Shown here one piece after another: positions 21,732 to 29,651 of a stretch of DNA of 64,000 nucleotides; the stretch's first letter is position 1, and each line of letters opens with the position of its first letter. Location: contig CAYGJY010000001.1 of assembly GCA_964350645.1 (NCBI GenBank), positions 142,316 through 206,315 of the forward strand, given 5' to 3'. The position numbers were made by a program, and so were the translations under genes. A model generated the notes under the pieces. It made no database searches, was not told the origin of the DNA, and was given only the letters and a program-made list of their open reading frames with translations. This DNA comes from an uncultured Candidatus Saccharibacteria bacterium (GTDB taxonomy: Bacteria; Patescibacteriota; Minisyncoccia; Phycocordibacterales; UBA918).

Positions 21732-21760
21732 TAGACGACCAAAATCGTCTGTGGTATGAT
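21732..21760 (+). promoter_or_regulatory. Putative sigma70 promoter driving the structured intergenic region
   Basis: TAGACG-17 nt-TATGAT with extended -10 TG. Confidence 0.55.
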
Positions 21761-21766
21761 CCTTAC

Positions 21767-21956
21767 ATGATCCTCCTGGTCGGATCTGCTACTCGGGAGC
21801 CTGGCTTCCCACCATATCGTCGGGATTCGACGATAGAGGTTCTCGAGCTTCTTTTAGGCGGCTGACGCGCAATCCGGTGCGTCGGCCGCTACAAAGGCCG
21901 GTAACTATCTTTTGCACACTGGTGCAAGGACAAAGACAAGTTATCCGGCCTTTTTT
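21767..21956 (+). ncRNA. Candidate structured non-coding RNA (unassigned family)
   Basis: Four consecutive stem-loops with G-U pairs valid only on the + strand, upstream promoter, terminal stem plus T6. Confidence 0.4.
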
Positions 21957-22039
21957 CGTGCAAATTTTTTATGGTAGTGGTCACAAAATTAAAGTGTTTT
22001 ACATTTACAAGGCAGTCTATTTACACTATTATCATATAA

Positions 22040-22873
22040 ATGATGACTCCAAAGAACGACCAGACACTGATCTTATTCGGGGGACTACCACGCAGTGGTT
22101 CAACGGTGCTGGGTGAAATACTAGCCCAGAATCCGCAGGTGTATGTTTCACCGACGAGTGGTCTCCTGGCGACAGTCGACCTACTGTGGCGGCAGTGGGA
22201 TAGTATTTCGCAGCACACTGTCGTGCCCCATGAAGAGAATCGTCGTAATGTACTGCAGGCAACTATTGCCAGCTACCATCAGCATCAGTCAGCGCCGTAT
22301 GTAATCGATAAGTCACGTTGTTGGGCCAATCGATTGGAGTTGCTGAATGATTTATTGGGGTACAAAGTTAAACTCATTGCTCCGGTACGCGATGTACGAC
22401 AAATTCTCGCGAGCTTTGAGCAGCTGTGGCGGACAGAGTCACGCATACGCTGCATTAAGCAAGAGCAGCAAGCCGGAGTTTCTTTTCAGACGCTTGAAGG
22501 GCGGATGGCGTACTGGATGTCACCAGCTGAAGCCGTGGGGAAGGCACATAACTCACTCGTGGATGCCTGTCGGCGCGGACTGCAAGACCAGATACTATTT
22601 GTTGACTATGAGCGACTGCTGGCTGATCCGCAAGGAGCTCTCGACACAATCTATCGCTTTCTTGATCTGGAAGCCTGTACACACGATTTTGCAACCATAA
22701 CGGATCGTTTTACAGAAGACAGTTTGGTCTACGGTATTCGTGATTTGCATACTATCCGTCCAGCATTGTCGCCTTCGCAGACGAAGTGGGAAGAGCTCCT
22801 TGGTCCGGCCGCTGAGCAGTACGCTGAGCACAACTTTTGGCTGCATTCACAACTGAATCTACATACTATCTAA
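22040..22873 (+). CDS. Sulfotransferase family protein
   Basis: 5'-PSB loop GGLPRSGSTVL; IDKSR, APVRDVRQILAS and FVDYERLLADP motifs. Confidence 0.85.
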   Translation: MMTPKNDQTLILFGGLPRSGSTVLGEILAQNPQVYVSPTSGLLATVDLLWRQWDSISQHTVVPHEENRRNVLQATIASYHQHQSAPYVIDKSRCWANRLELLNDLLGYKVKLIAPVRDVRQILASFEQLWRTESRIRCIKQEQQAGVSFQTLEGRMAYWMSPAEAVGKAHNSLVDACRRGLQDQILFVDYERLLADPQGALDTIYRFLDLEACTHDFATITDRFTEDSLVYGIRDLHTIRPALSPSQTKWEELLGPAAEQYAEHNFWLHSQLNLHTI

Positions 22874-23018
22874 GCTATTGACTTTTTAATATAACTGGTG
22901 TATAAAGTACGCACCAACTCACCAATTCTTAATGAATCAGGGTGGGGTGTTCTTCAGGTCTCACAAGGCCTATTAAATGCAACGCGCCCAAGCGAGGCGC
23001 TAAACAAGGACTGAAACG

Positions 23019-23591
23019 ATGAAGATGCTCTATGTTTTGTTGACTGTTCCGTTTATCCTCGGCGCTTGCGGCGCTGAAACCACCGGGACGGCGAGCGCTC
23101 CGGCGCCGGATGCGCCGGCGGCTGAGACTGTCGCGGTGACGGAATCGACTGCCCCGGCGACCAAGCCGGTCACTGAGGTCGATGTCGCGGCGGCTCCGAC
23201 CGAGCCGGCGCCGGCCGCTTCGGAAGAAGTTGAGGTCGCGGCGGTGGAGCCGACGGCTCCGACCGAGCCGGTCCCGGCCGACCCGCGGATGAAGGCGGCT
23301 GCCTTCATGGCTGCAGTCACGAGCTGCGAGGTCAGCACCGGCACGGTGCCGATGTCATTCATCGGCGATGAGACGGGGGGTTCCATGGTGGTGGGCGCAG
23401 GGCGCATCACGGTTCCGTACCGCATGAAGCTCGATGGTGATGGTGAGCTGGTTTTCCAGCGGGACTACCAGGGTTGGGGCACCCGCCCCTTCGAAGTCCG
23501 CAAGGACTCTGTGTGGCTCCGGGGGGACAGCTCTGATTTCGATTGCCCTGTGCCGCAGGAAGTCGCCGCACGCTTCAATGCGGAGACCTGA
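23019..23591 (+). CDS. Putative lipoprotein with Ala/Pro/Glu-rich linker, GC-rich coding sequence
   Basis: MKMLYVLLTVPFILGAC lipobox; AAGGA SD; TTGACT-17-TATAAA promoter at 22878-22906; downstream GC hairpin. Confidence 0.75.
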   Translation: MKMLYVLLTVPFILGACGAETTGTASAPAPDAPAAETVAVTESTAPATKPVTEVDVAAAPTEPAPAASEEVEVAAVEPTAPTEPVPADPRMKAAAFMAAVTSCEVSTGTVPMSFIGDETGGSMVVGAGRITVPYRMKLDGDGELVFQRDYQGWGTRPFEVRKDSVWLRGDSSDFDCPVPQEVAARFNAET

Positions 23592-23671
23592 GAGTGGCGG
23601 GGGCGGGTGCTTGCATCCCGCCCCCACCGAACGATGCATTCATTGAATGCCACCGTTAGAGAAAACCATCT

Positions 23672-24391
23672 CTAGCGGTTTTCTTTTGTCTCGACGTCGG
23701 TTTTTCCAAGGGCAAGGGTGTAGATGACATGTTCTGAGCCAGCGATTGTTACAAAAGAGTCATCAAGGAGATCATACAACGGTGCTCCGATAGCCCGGCA
23801 GCCGATGTTAAGTGCGGCAGCAGTTAAATAAATATTTTGTCCGATATGACCAGCTTCGAGGAAAGCGTGTGTATACCCCAGGGTGCCGTATTGAAATAAA
23901 TTGCGGGCTTTTACATGACTGATACATATATATAAAGAAGCACGTTCGATCTTTTCTGGGTCTGGCATTCGACCGCCTATGTCTGGTGCGGATCGACTCA
24001 ACAAGTCAAGGCTATGTTCTTTCGTGTTGTAGTAGTAGGTGCCGGTAGCAAGTGCCGGAGTGTCTTTGGGGACGACTAGGTAGAGATTTAGTGGTTGTAA
24101 GCCGCCAGCTGAAGGAGCGGGGCGTTTGTCTACATCACTCGTTGTGTAGGAGGACAGAAGAATGGTCTCAATCTCGGTGAGTGATAGAGATTCAGTGGTT
24201 GAAAAGGTTTGGGCGGACTGACGAGCAGCTAGTGCGTCACTAAGAGAGATGGGTAGTGGGTTTGGTTCTCTTAGTGGGGTACTCTCATATGTATTGCGGA
24301 GTTGGTTGTCGGCCTGTTCGTAGAGTGCACCAATATTCGAGTGACGGTTCGCTTTTATAAATGAAAAGAAATAGTCCATAGGCTTAGGCAA
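23672..24391 (-). CDS. SagB/ThcOx-type nitroreductase-fold (azoline) dehydrogenase
   Basis: LAARQSAQTF, RPAPSAGGLQPLNLY and LEAGHIGQNIYLTAAALNIGCRAIG motifs; directly downstream of YcaO. Confidence 0.88.
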   Translation of the reverse strand: MPKPMDYFFSFIKANRHSNIGALYEQADNQLRNTYESTPLREPNPLPISLSDALAARQSAQTFSTTESLSLTEIETILLSSYTTSDVDKRPAPSAGGLQPLNLYLVVPKDTPALATGTYYYNTKEHSLDLLSRSAPDIGGRMPDPEKIERASLYICISHVKARNLFQYGTLGYTHAFLEAGHIGQNIYLTAAALNIGCRAIGAPLYDLLDDSFVTIAGSEHVIYTLALGKTDVETKENR

Positions 24392-25883
24392 AAGGATGAG
24401 GAACAGTATTGATAGTGTCTTTAGTTAATGGTTTGTTGTACTGTGCTTCGTAGAATTTTTGTAGTCTAGGTTGGTTGATTGGTCGTTCAACATCGGCAAA
24501 ATACATATCAATCATATCAGGACTCATCATGCGAACTACTTTGAGTCCATGAGCTTGCGCTAAGGGAGTGGTTTGATCGACCGTATACATAGTAATATTT
24601 TTTCTACGCAAAAAACTTCTGAGCGACAGGTATGTGTTTGGGATACTACTCAGATCAAACTGCGCTTGATAATCCTCAAATGAGATAGTAGTACCCGAGA
24701 TGAAAAAATCAGCCAGAGCGATAATTTGTGGGGTAGACCAAAACCGGTTGCGGTCTTGGATTGATTCTAGATTTGAACCTTCAACCCCCCATGAATATTG
24801 TTTTTCAGGCTGCTCATAGACGTGTGGCCATTTCATAATACTGTACTGTAGTTTTTCAAGCATTGCATGGATGTCAGCGCCCGCGACACCACTCAGTCTA
24901 AGGATAGACGAACGTTTACGATCAACGAGTACCATAATGAGTGATGGGATACCAAGGTCAGTACTACAATCAAGCAGATGTATGTCTAAGTCAGCCTGCT
25001 TTGTTTCAGTAATAAATTCCTGGAATGATGGGACAGTAATTGAGCTCAAGTCGATCTGTTTTGGTGCCGTTGTCGTGAGCCAGTGCAGCAGGAAGCCATC
25101 ACGTTCGATTAGCTCAAAGAAGCCACGCAGGCATGCCTGATCATAAGATGTGTAGGTAGCACAACCGTTAGTATTAGAGCTGCCGAGTAAGGTGCGGTTT
25201 TGGGGGTTTTGATACTGGTAGTAGAGATGGGTTAGTGCCACTGGTAGGTAGACATTTTTTTTGGTTACCATATTTCTCCCAGCTACCCAGTATTCATTTT
25301 TATACAAGGTGTCATCGTATGAGCCGTAATAGGTAAAGAAACTGGGTGCAATATACGTGGAGTCGTCTAAAAAAGAAGGATTGATGTGCCAGTCTGAGTA
25401 GTTGGTTGCGACACCGCTGATTCTTTCGATTGTTTCAGCTAGCGCCACTGTCATGGCCTCGTTATGGCTTTTGTGGGCACTGGACGCCCAGAGATTATGA
25501 AACAGGTGTGGAGCTTGAGGGTTTGGCTGGAGTTTTAAAACTGCCAGAGGCACTCGAGGAAAGCCTGGAGACATAAAGCCAAACGTCCAGTGCGAGACAT
25601 AGCCATCCTGCAGAAGTTTCTCTAAGGTTAGACGATTAAGTGTAGAAAGGGTCTCCAATTCATCATGTTTGCTCTGCAGATAAATTTTACTTTTTGTCAG
25701 TCTTTCAAGTAGGAGACAAAGTTTCCTGGTGATATAAACTCGACAACGATTAGTGAGATTGTCTGGATAGAAGGTTGATTGACTAACTCGGGCCTGATCA
25801 GCAATACGGCTTTCGCTGGTAATAACTTTCTGTAGAGAAATAGTATCAGAGTCGTGTTGGGCTAGTCTGCTCATGTACGACAC
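24384..25883 (-). CDS. YcaO-family cyclodehydratase-like protein
   Basis: ATP-binding motifs ALAETIER, NTNGCA and ELIERDG; DLGIP; Pro-rich C-terminus PHPFA. Confidence 0.92.
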   Translation of the reverse strand: MSYMSRLAQHDSDTISLQKVITSESRIADQARVSQSTFYPDNLTNRCRVYITRKLCLLLERLTKSKIYLQSKHDELETLSTLNRLTLEKLLQDGYVSHWTFGFMSPGFPRVPLAVLKLQPNPQAPHLFHNLWASSAHKSHNEAMTVALAETIERISGVATNYSDWHINPSFLDDSTYIAPSFFTYYGSYDDTLYKNEYWVAGRNMVTKKNVYLPVALTHLYYQYQNPQNRTLLGSSNTNGCATYTSYDQACLRGFFELIERDGFLLHWLTTTAPKQIDLSSITVPSFQEFITETKQADLDIHLLDCSTDLGIPSLIMVLVDRKRSSILRLSGVAGADIHAMLEKLQYSIMKWPHVYEQPEKQYSWGVEGSNLESIQDRNRFWSTPQIIALADFFISGTTISFEDYQAQFDLSSIPNTYLSLRSFLRRKNITMYTVDQTTPLAQAHGLKVVRMMSPDMIDMYFADVERPINQPRLQKFYEAQYNKPLTKDTINTVPHPFA

Positions 25884-25899
25884 TCTACACCGAAAGTGT

Positions 25900-27075
25900 T
25901 TATTGTGTCCAATCCGTTAGAAAAGCAATATTTTGGTCGAATTCAGCAAGCGAGATTGTACGAAGAGCTGAAACGTCATCTTGTGTAAGGTCATAAATTT
26001 CCACTCGAGCATTGCGGTTGCTAGGATCGTTGTCGATAACCTGCAGAGCCAGATAGCGCCCTTCTGGTGAAATAGTTGGCCAGATGGTCTGCACATCATT
26101 TTGCGCAAATTGGAAGACGGTACGAAGTGCTACTGGTGCAGCGTTAGAGCTCTGATCGTTGTCCTCAATCTTAAATACTGTCAACCTGTTGATGGTACTG
26201 CTGTCTTCTGATGGATCAGTCAAAAGCAGATACTCACCATCTGGACTGATAGTAATCTGACTTCCATAACCAAGTCCTGTCTGTAGAGGATTCCAGAGAT
26301 TGTAGATAGAGTTTTCAGGATCTTTAACATCAATCACATAAATACCATCAGTCTTGATCACAAAAACAAAATTGTCATCTTTTGACCAAGTTGGATACGC
26401 TGCGTTTTGCGCTAGCACCTGTTCGTCGCTGCTGCCGGTGATAAGTATTGCGTCCCAATTGTCTAGATCACGAAAAGCGAGTATGTCTTCCAGGGCTTCT
26501 GTACCACGCTGTTGTGAAAAAAGTATTTTAGTAGCATCAGTATTTGCAATTTGAGGAAGTCTTTTTCTAATTATTGGAGTGTCATTACTTGTGACAGCAG
26601 TGGTTAGTTGAGTGATTCTTTCTTCATCTTTGACAAAGATTTGTGGGGTGACGGGTTCAGTAACTTCTACTGCCATAGTGGTTGAGATAGCCGGAACTAG
26701 TGCAGCATAGGCTACTACACCAAGTGGGCTAGAATCGTAGGTATAGGCGATGTTTGTGATTTCAGTATTCTGACTGATTGAATTTGATTCAAAGTCGTAT
26801 GTATGTAATTGGTAGGGTAAAAAATCGCTAGCCTGACTAATTTCTTCATCAGCAAGAGTTATATGAAGTGAGCCAGATAACTCTTCTAGAGGGTTTGAGG
26901 CCGTGTATTGATTAGGTACGGTAACAACGTATGTTGGACGAACATCTTCAGGTGACTGCACCTGTGGAGTCAGTGTTGTTGGTTCAGTGACTGAGAGTAG
27001 ATTTGTGGCGTACCAGACTGTCAATCCACTGAGTAGTAGAATTATCAATAAAAGAACTAAGTGTACTTTTTTCAT
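25900..27075 (-). CDS. Membrane-anchored TolB/WD40-like beta-propeller protein
   Basis: N-terminal hydrophobic anchor; PTWSKDD, ISPDGEYL and PTISPEGRYLA blade motifs. Confidence 0.7.
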   Translation of the reverse strand: MKKVHLVLLLIILLLSGLTVWYATNLLSVTEPTTLTPQVQSPEDVRPTYVVTVPNQYTASNPLEELSGSLHITLADEEISQASDFLPYQLHTYDFESNSISQNTEITNIAYTYDSSPLGVVAYAALVPAISTTMAVEVTEPVTPQIFVKDEERITQLTTAVTSNDTPIIRKRLPQIANTDATKILFSQQRGTEALEDILAFRDLDNWDAILITGSSDEQVLAQNAAYPTWSKDDNFVFVIKTDGIYVIDVKDPENSIYNLWNPLQTGLGYGSQITISPDGEYLLLTDPSEDSSTINRLTVFKIEDNDQSSNAAPVALRTVFQFAQNDVQTIWPTISPEGRYLALQVIDNDPSNRNARVEIYDLTQDDVSALRTISLAEFDQNIAFLTDWTQ

Positions 27076-28604
27076 ATAACAGTATTAGAATTTACCTGAT
27101 ACATCTCATCGAGAAGTTGTTGCGAATCTTTGTCGAGACTTTGTAACCACGTAGCTGAGACCTTGGGCATTCCGCCAGGAAGTGGTCCGTATACACCTCC
27201 GAAGTCAAATACAAAACTACGCGTCATGTCTTTGTCTAGTGTGTGCTTGTATGATGCTGGGGCGGTAAACTCTAGTTCAATCCGGTCTTGAAACTTAGCG
27301 TAGACAAACTCGCTGTTATTTTTTTTGCTCAACTTTGCTTTAACAACGGCAGGCTCGTCTGCGGTTGTGGTAGTAAGAACTTCTGAGAGTTCAAACTTTT
27401 CTTCGGTGGTTTCATTTTTAAGAGCCTCAGTTTCAGACACAGCAGGGAATGCAGACAGTAGCTGATGGTTTTTAGTAGCTTCAACAGTTGCATTCACTTG
27501 CCCGTCAGCGGCTATGAATTCGGCTGGGATTTTAATTGCTGTCTTAGTTGCGGCAAAATATCGTGGCTCAATCACAACGGTCTCACTTTTGGTGCCGTCT
27601 TTACTAAAGGTAACTAATAAGGACTTATTGCCAGTAGAAACAGCGTCAGCTTGGGCAGTTTTGATTCCAAAAGAGTCCATAAATGATTTGTCTTGAGGAG
27701 TATCCTGGTTGGTACTCATAAATGATCCAACCAACATAGATAAGGTTCCGGCGAGCATGAACTTACCTAGCTTACTTTTACGAGATGTAAAAGGGGAGGC
27801 TGTAAGGACACCGGCTTCTTGCTGTGGGTAGACGTCGTCGATATGCCAATCCCGGTAGACAGAACTTATAATCAAGTATGTATCAACAGCCTGATCAGCT
27901 ACGAAGGTAAATGAAGCCACATCACCATTACGTAGTGTGCTTTGTTCCTTACTAGCTGAAGGGCAGATGCGGGCAGTCTCAGTAAGTTTTGTATTAGCTC
28001 GATAGACAGTTGCTTCTGTCCCGGCTTTTTCAGATTCTGAGATTGATTTTTTAGAGAAATAAATAGGGGTACCATAATTGCAGTCGACAACGGGTTCAAG
28101 ATTTGCGGGGTGAGTGATTGCTGTGATGCCAACAAAGTCATAGAGACTTTCTTCTGGCTCAATCTCTTGAATCATAAGTTTCACTTTGCCATCTTGGTCT
28201 ACGTGGAGTGGTTTTTGGAGAACATACTTATCAGGAATAATCTCACCAGCGAGATATAGCTCTTTACCGACGCTTAGTACAGGAAAGTGTGAACGCGGCT
28301 TCCCAAACATTACATCGTTGTCCATTACGTATTTTTGTCCGTCCCAGGCGTAGAGAAAAGGGGTTGAGTATGGTCCACCATCACCACCACCACTACAGGA
28401 ACCTGTGCAGCCCGAACAGCCCCCGGCACAGAGGCTGAATAACATTAGGGGGTAGCCACCAAGTAGAGCAGCAAATTCTGAACCAAAAAGGAAGCTAGCT
28501 ACAACAATAATGAAGCCAGTCAAGATTTTTATACACGCTTCTGGCCCTATGTTGCTGATAATTTGACGAGTTTGTGTCAGAAATAGTAGTTGATAAGTAG
28601 GCAT
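27072..28604 (-). CDS. Hypothetical protein with N-terminal hydrophobic segments and a Cys/Ser/Gly-rich motif (candidate YcaO substrate)
   Basis: 510-aa ORF heading the YcaO operon; CAGGCSGCTGSCSGGGDGG followed by STPFLYAWDG; ATGA overlap with the next gene. Confidence 0.75.
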   Translation of the reverse strand: MPTYQLLFLTQTRQIISNIGPEACIKILTGFIIVVASFLFGSEFAALLGGYPLMLFSLCAGGCSGCTGSCSGGGDGGPYSTPFLYAWDGQKYVMDNDVMFGKPRSHFPVLSVGKELYLAGEIIPDKYVLQKPLHVDQDGKVKLMIQEIEPEESLYDFVGITAITHPANLEPVVDCNYGTPIYFSKKSISESEKAGTEATVYRANTKLTETARICPSASKEQSTLRNGDVASFTFVADQAVDTYLIISSVYRDWHIDDVYPQQEAGVLTASPFTSRKSKLGKFMLAGTLSMLVGSFMSTNQDTPQDKSFMDSFGIKTAQADAVSTGNKSLLVTFSKDGTKSETVVIEPRYFAATKTAIKIPAEFIAADGQVNATVEATKNHQLLSAFPAVSETEALKNETTEEKFELSEVLTTTTADEPAVVKAKLSKKNNSEFVYAKFQDRIELEFTAPASYKHTLDKDMTRSFVFDFGGVYGPLPGGMPKVSATWLQSLDKDSQQLLDEMYQVNSNTVI

Positions 28605-28679
28605 AGTTTGTTATTAGGATTGATACATATAATGTATACATTATACACCGATGTGGGTGATAGGTTTCGTTGAGCTTGT

Positions 28680-29651
28680 TTATAGTGTAGCGGTAATAAT
28701 GTGCGAAATGTCGTCGCAGCTATATATGGTTATGTCTTTAAGATGGGTATTCTCGCAGATTGATTTCCAGTCACTGAGTGTTCGAAGTCCGGTTTGATTG
28801 GTTAATGTATGCACGTGTTGGTATACCGCAACCAGTTTTCTCGTCTCAGCGTTAAGTGAGTTCAATTGCTCATCTGTAAAATAGCTTTGTTCTGCAAAAA
28901 GTAACTGGGCGCCAGGGAAATGATTTTGAAGCGAAGTTATGTAGTTTATAAATTCAGAATTAGTCGGTGTAATTTCATGTAGTACTGTCATAAAGGTAAT
29001 GAGGCACCCTGCGTAGGCAGCCTTCCCCCCTAGTCCTGCTCGGTCTTTCCAATCGATAATATCTTTGACGTCAGCTTTAATAAACTGGAATTGTTCTCTT
29101 AGCGACCGATACGGTTCTCCCCGATCAATACCAATGAGTTTTATGTTTTTTGCTTCTAGCTGGGAAAGAAATGCCCCTGAACCACAACCAAGATCAATAA
29201 TAGTATGAGGATCAGAAAGCTTTGGGAGTATTTCCTTATTGATCTTAGTGACAAACTTTTGGCTATATATTTCACTTGAAATATTAAGTGCTGAGCTTGT
29301 TGCCGATCCTATTAGAGTTGCTGCAGAGAGGTTTTCATCAGATGTCTTTGTTAGTACGTCATGATAGGCTTCAGTAAAATGTAATAAATTTTTTACCTGG
29401 TCGGTAACTAAGCTTTTTCCTGCAGTAACAAATATTCCGTCATAGCTAAGGTAATTGTTATCATAGTTACTAAGAAAAGTGCAGAGGTTGTGAATGTCAC
29501 TGAGATTGATATTCTTATTTTTTACCCAGTGAGAAAGTTCGATCCGTGTGTGCTCACTTAGTTCACTTAGTAACCCGTAACGTTGCAGTTTTAGTAATTG
29601 AGAAAAGAAGCACCAGTTAAAGACGAGGTCAGAGATTGGTAATTTGTTCAT
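28680..29651 (-). CDS. Class I SAM-dependent methyltransferase
   Basis: IIDLGCGSGAFL, LIGID and FMTVLHE motifs; start overlaps the end of the ATP-grasp gene. Confidence 0.82.
   Translation of the reverse strand: MNKLPISDLVFNWCFFSQLLKLQRYGLLSELSEHTRIELSHWVKNKNINLSDIHNLCTFLSNYDNNYLSYDGIFVTAGKSLVTDQVKNLLHFTEAYHDVLTKTSDENLSAATLIGSATSSALNISSEIYSQKFVTKINKEILPKLSDPHTIIDLGCGSGAFLSQLEAKNIKLIGIDRGEPYRSLREQFQFIKADVKDIIDWKDRAGLGGKAAYAGCLITFMTVLHEITPTNSEFINYITSLQNHFPGAQLLFAEQSYFTDEQLNSLNAETRKLVAVYQHVHTLTNQTGLRTLSDWKSICENTHLKDITIYSCDDISHIITATL

Noticed and set aside
21767-21956. Assignment as RNase P, tmRNA, SRP, 6S or retron msr-msd
   Set aside because: It lacks the GAGGAAAGUCC, tRNA-like-end and SRP loop signatures, is multi-hairpin rather than one rod, and no reverse transcriptase is in the window.
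21877-22116. 79-aa ORF from the ORF track
   Set aside because: It runs through a terminator-like hairpin and overlaps the sulfotransferase start out of frame.
23030-23653. Several overlapping alternative ORFs in the GC-rich lipoprotein gene
   Set aside because: Expected from stop-codon scarcity at high GC; only the + strand ORF has an SD, signal peptide and promoter.
24384-25883. YcaO as a thioamide-forming (TfuA-dependent) enzyme
   Set aside because: No TfuA-like gene is nearby; the Pro-rich C-terminus and adjacent SagB favour azoline formation.
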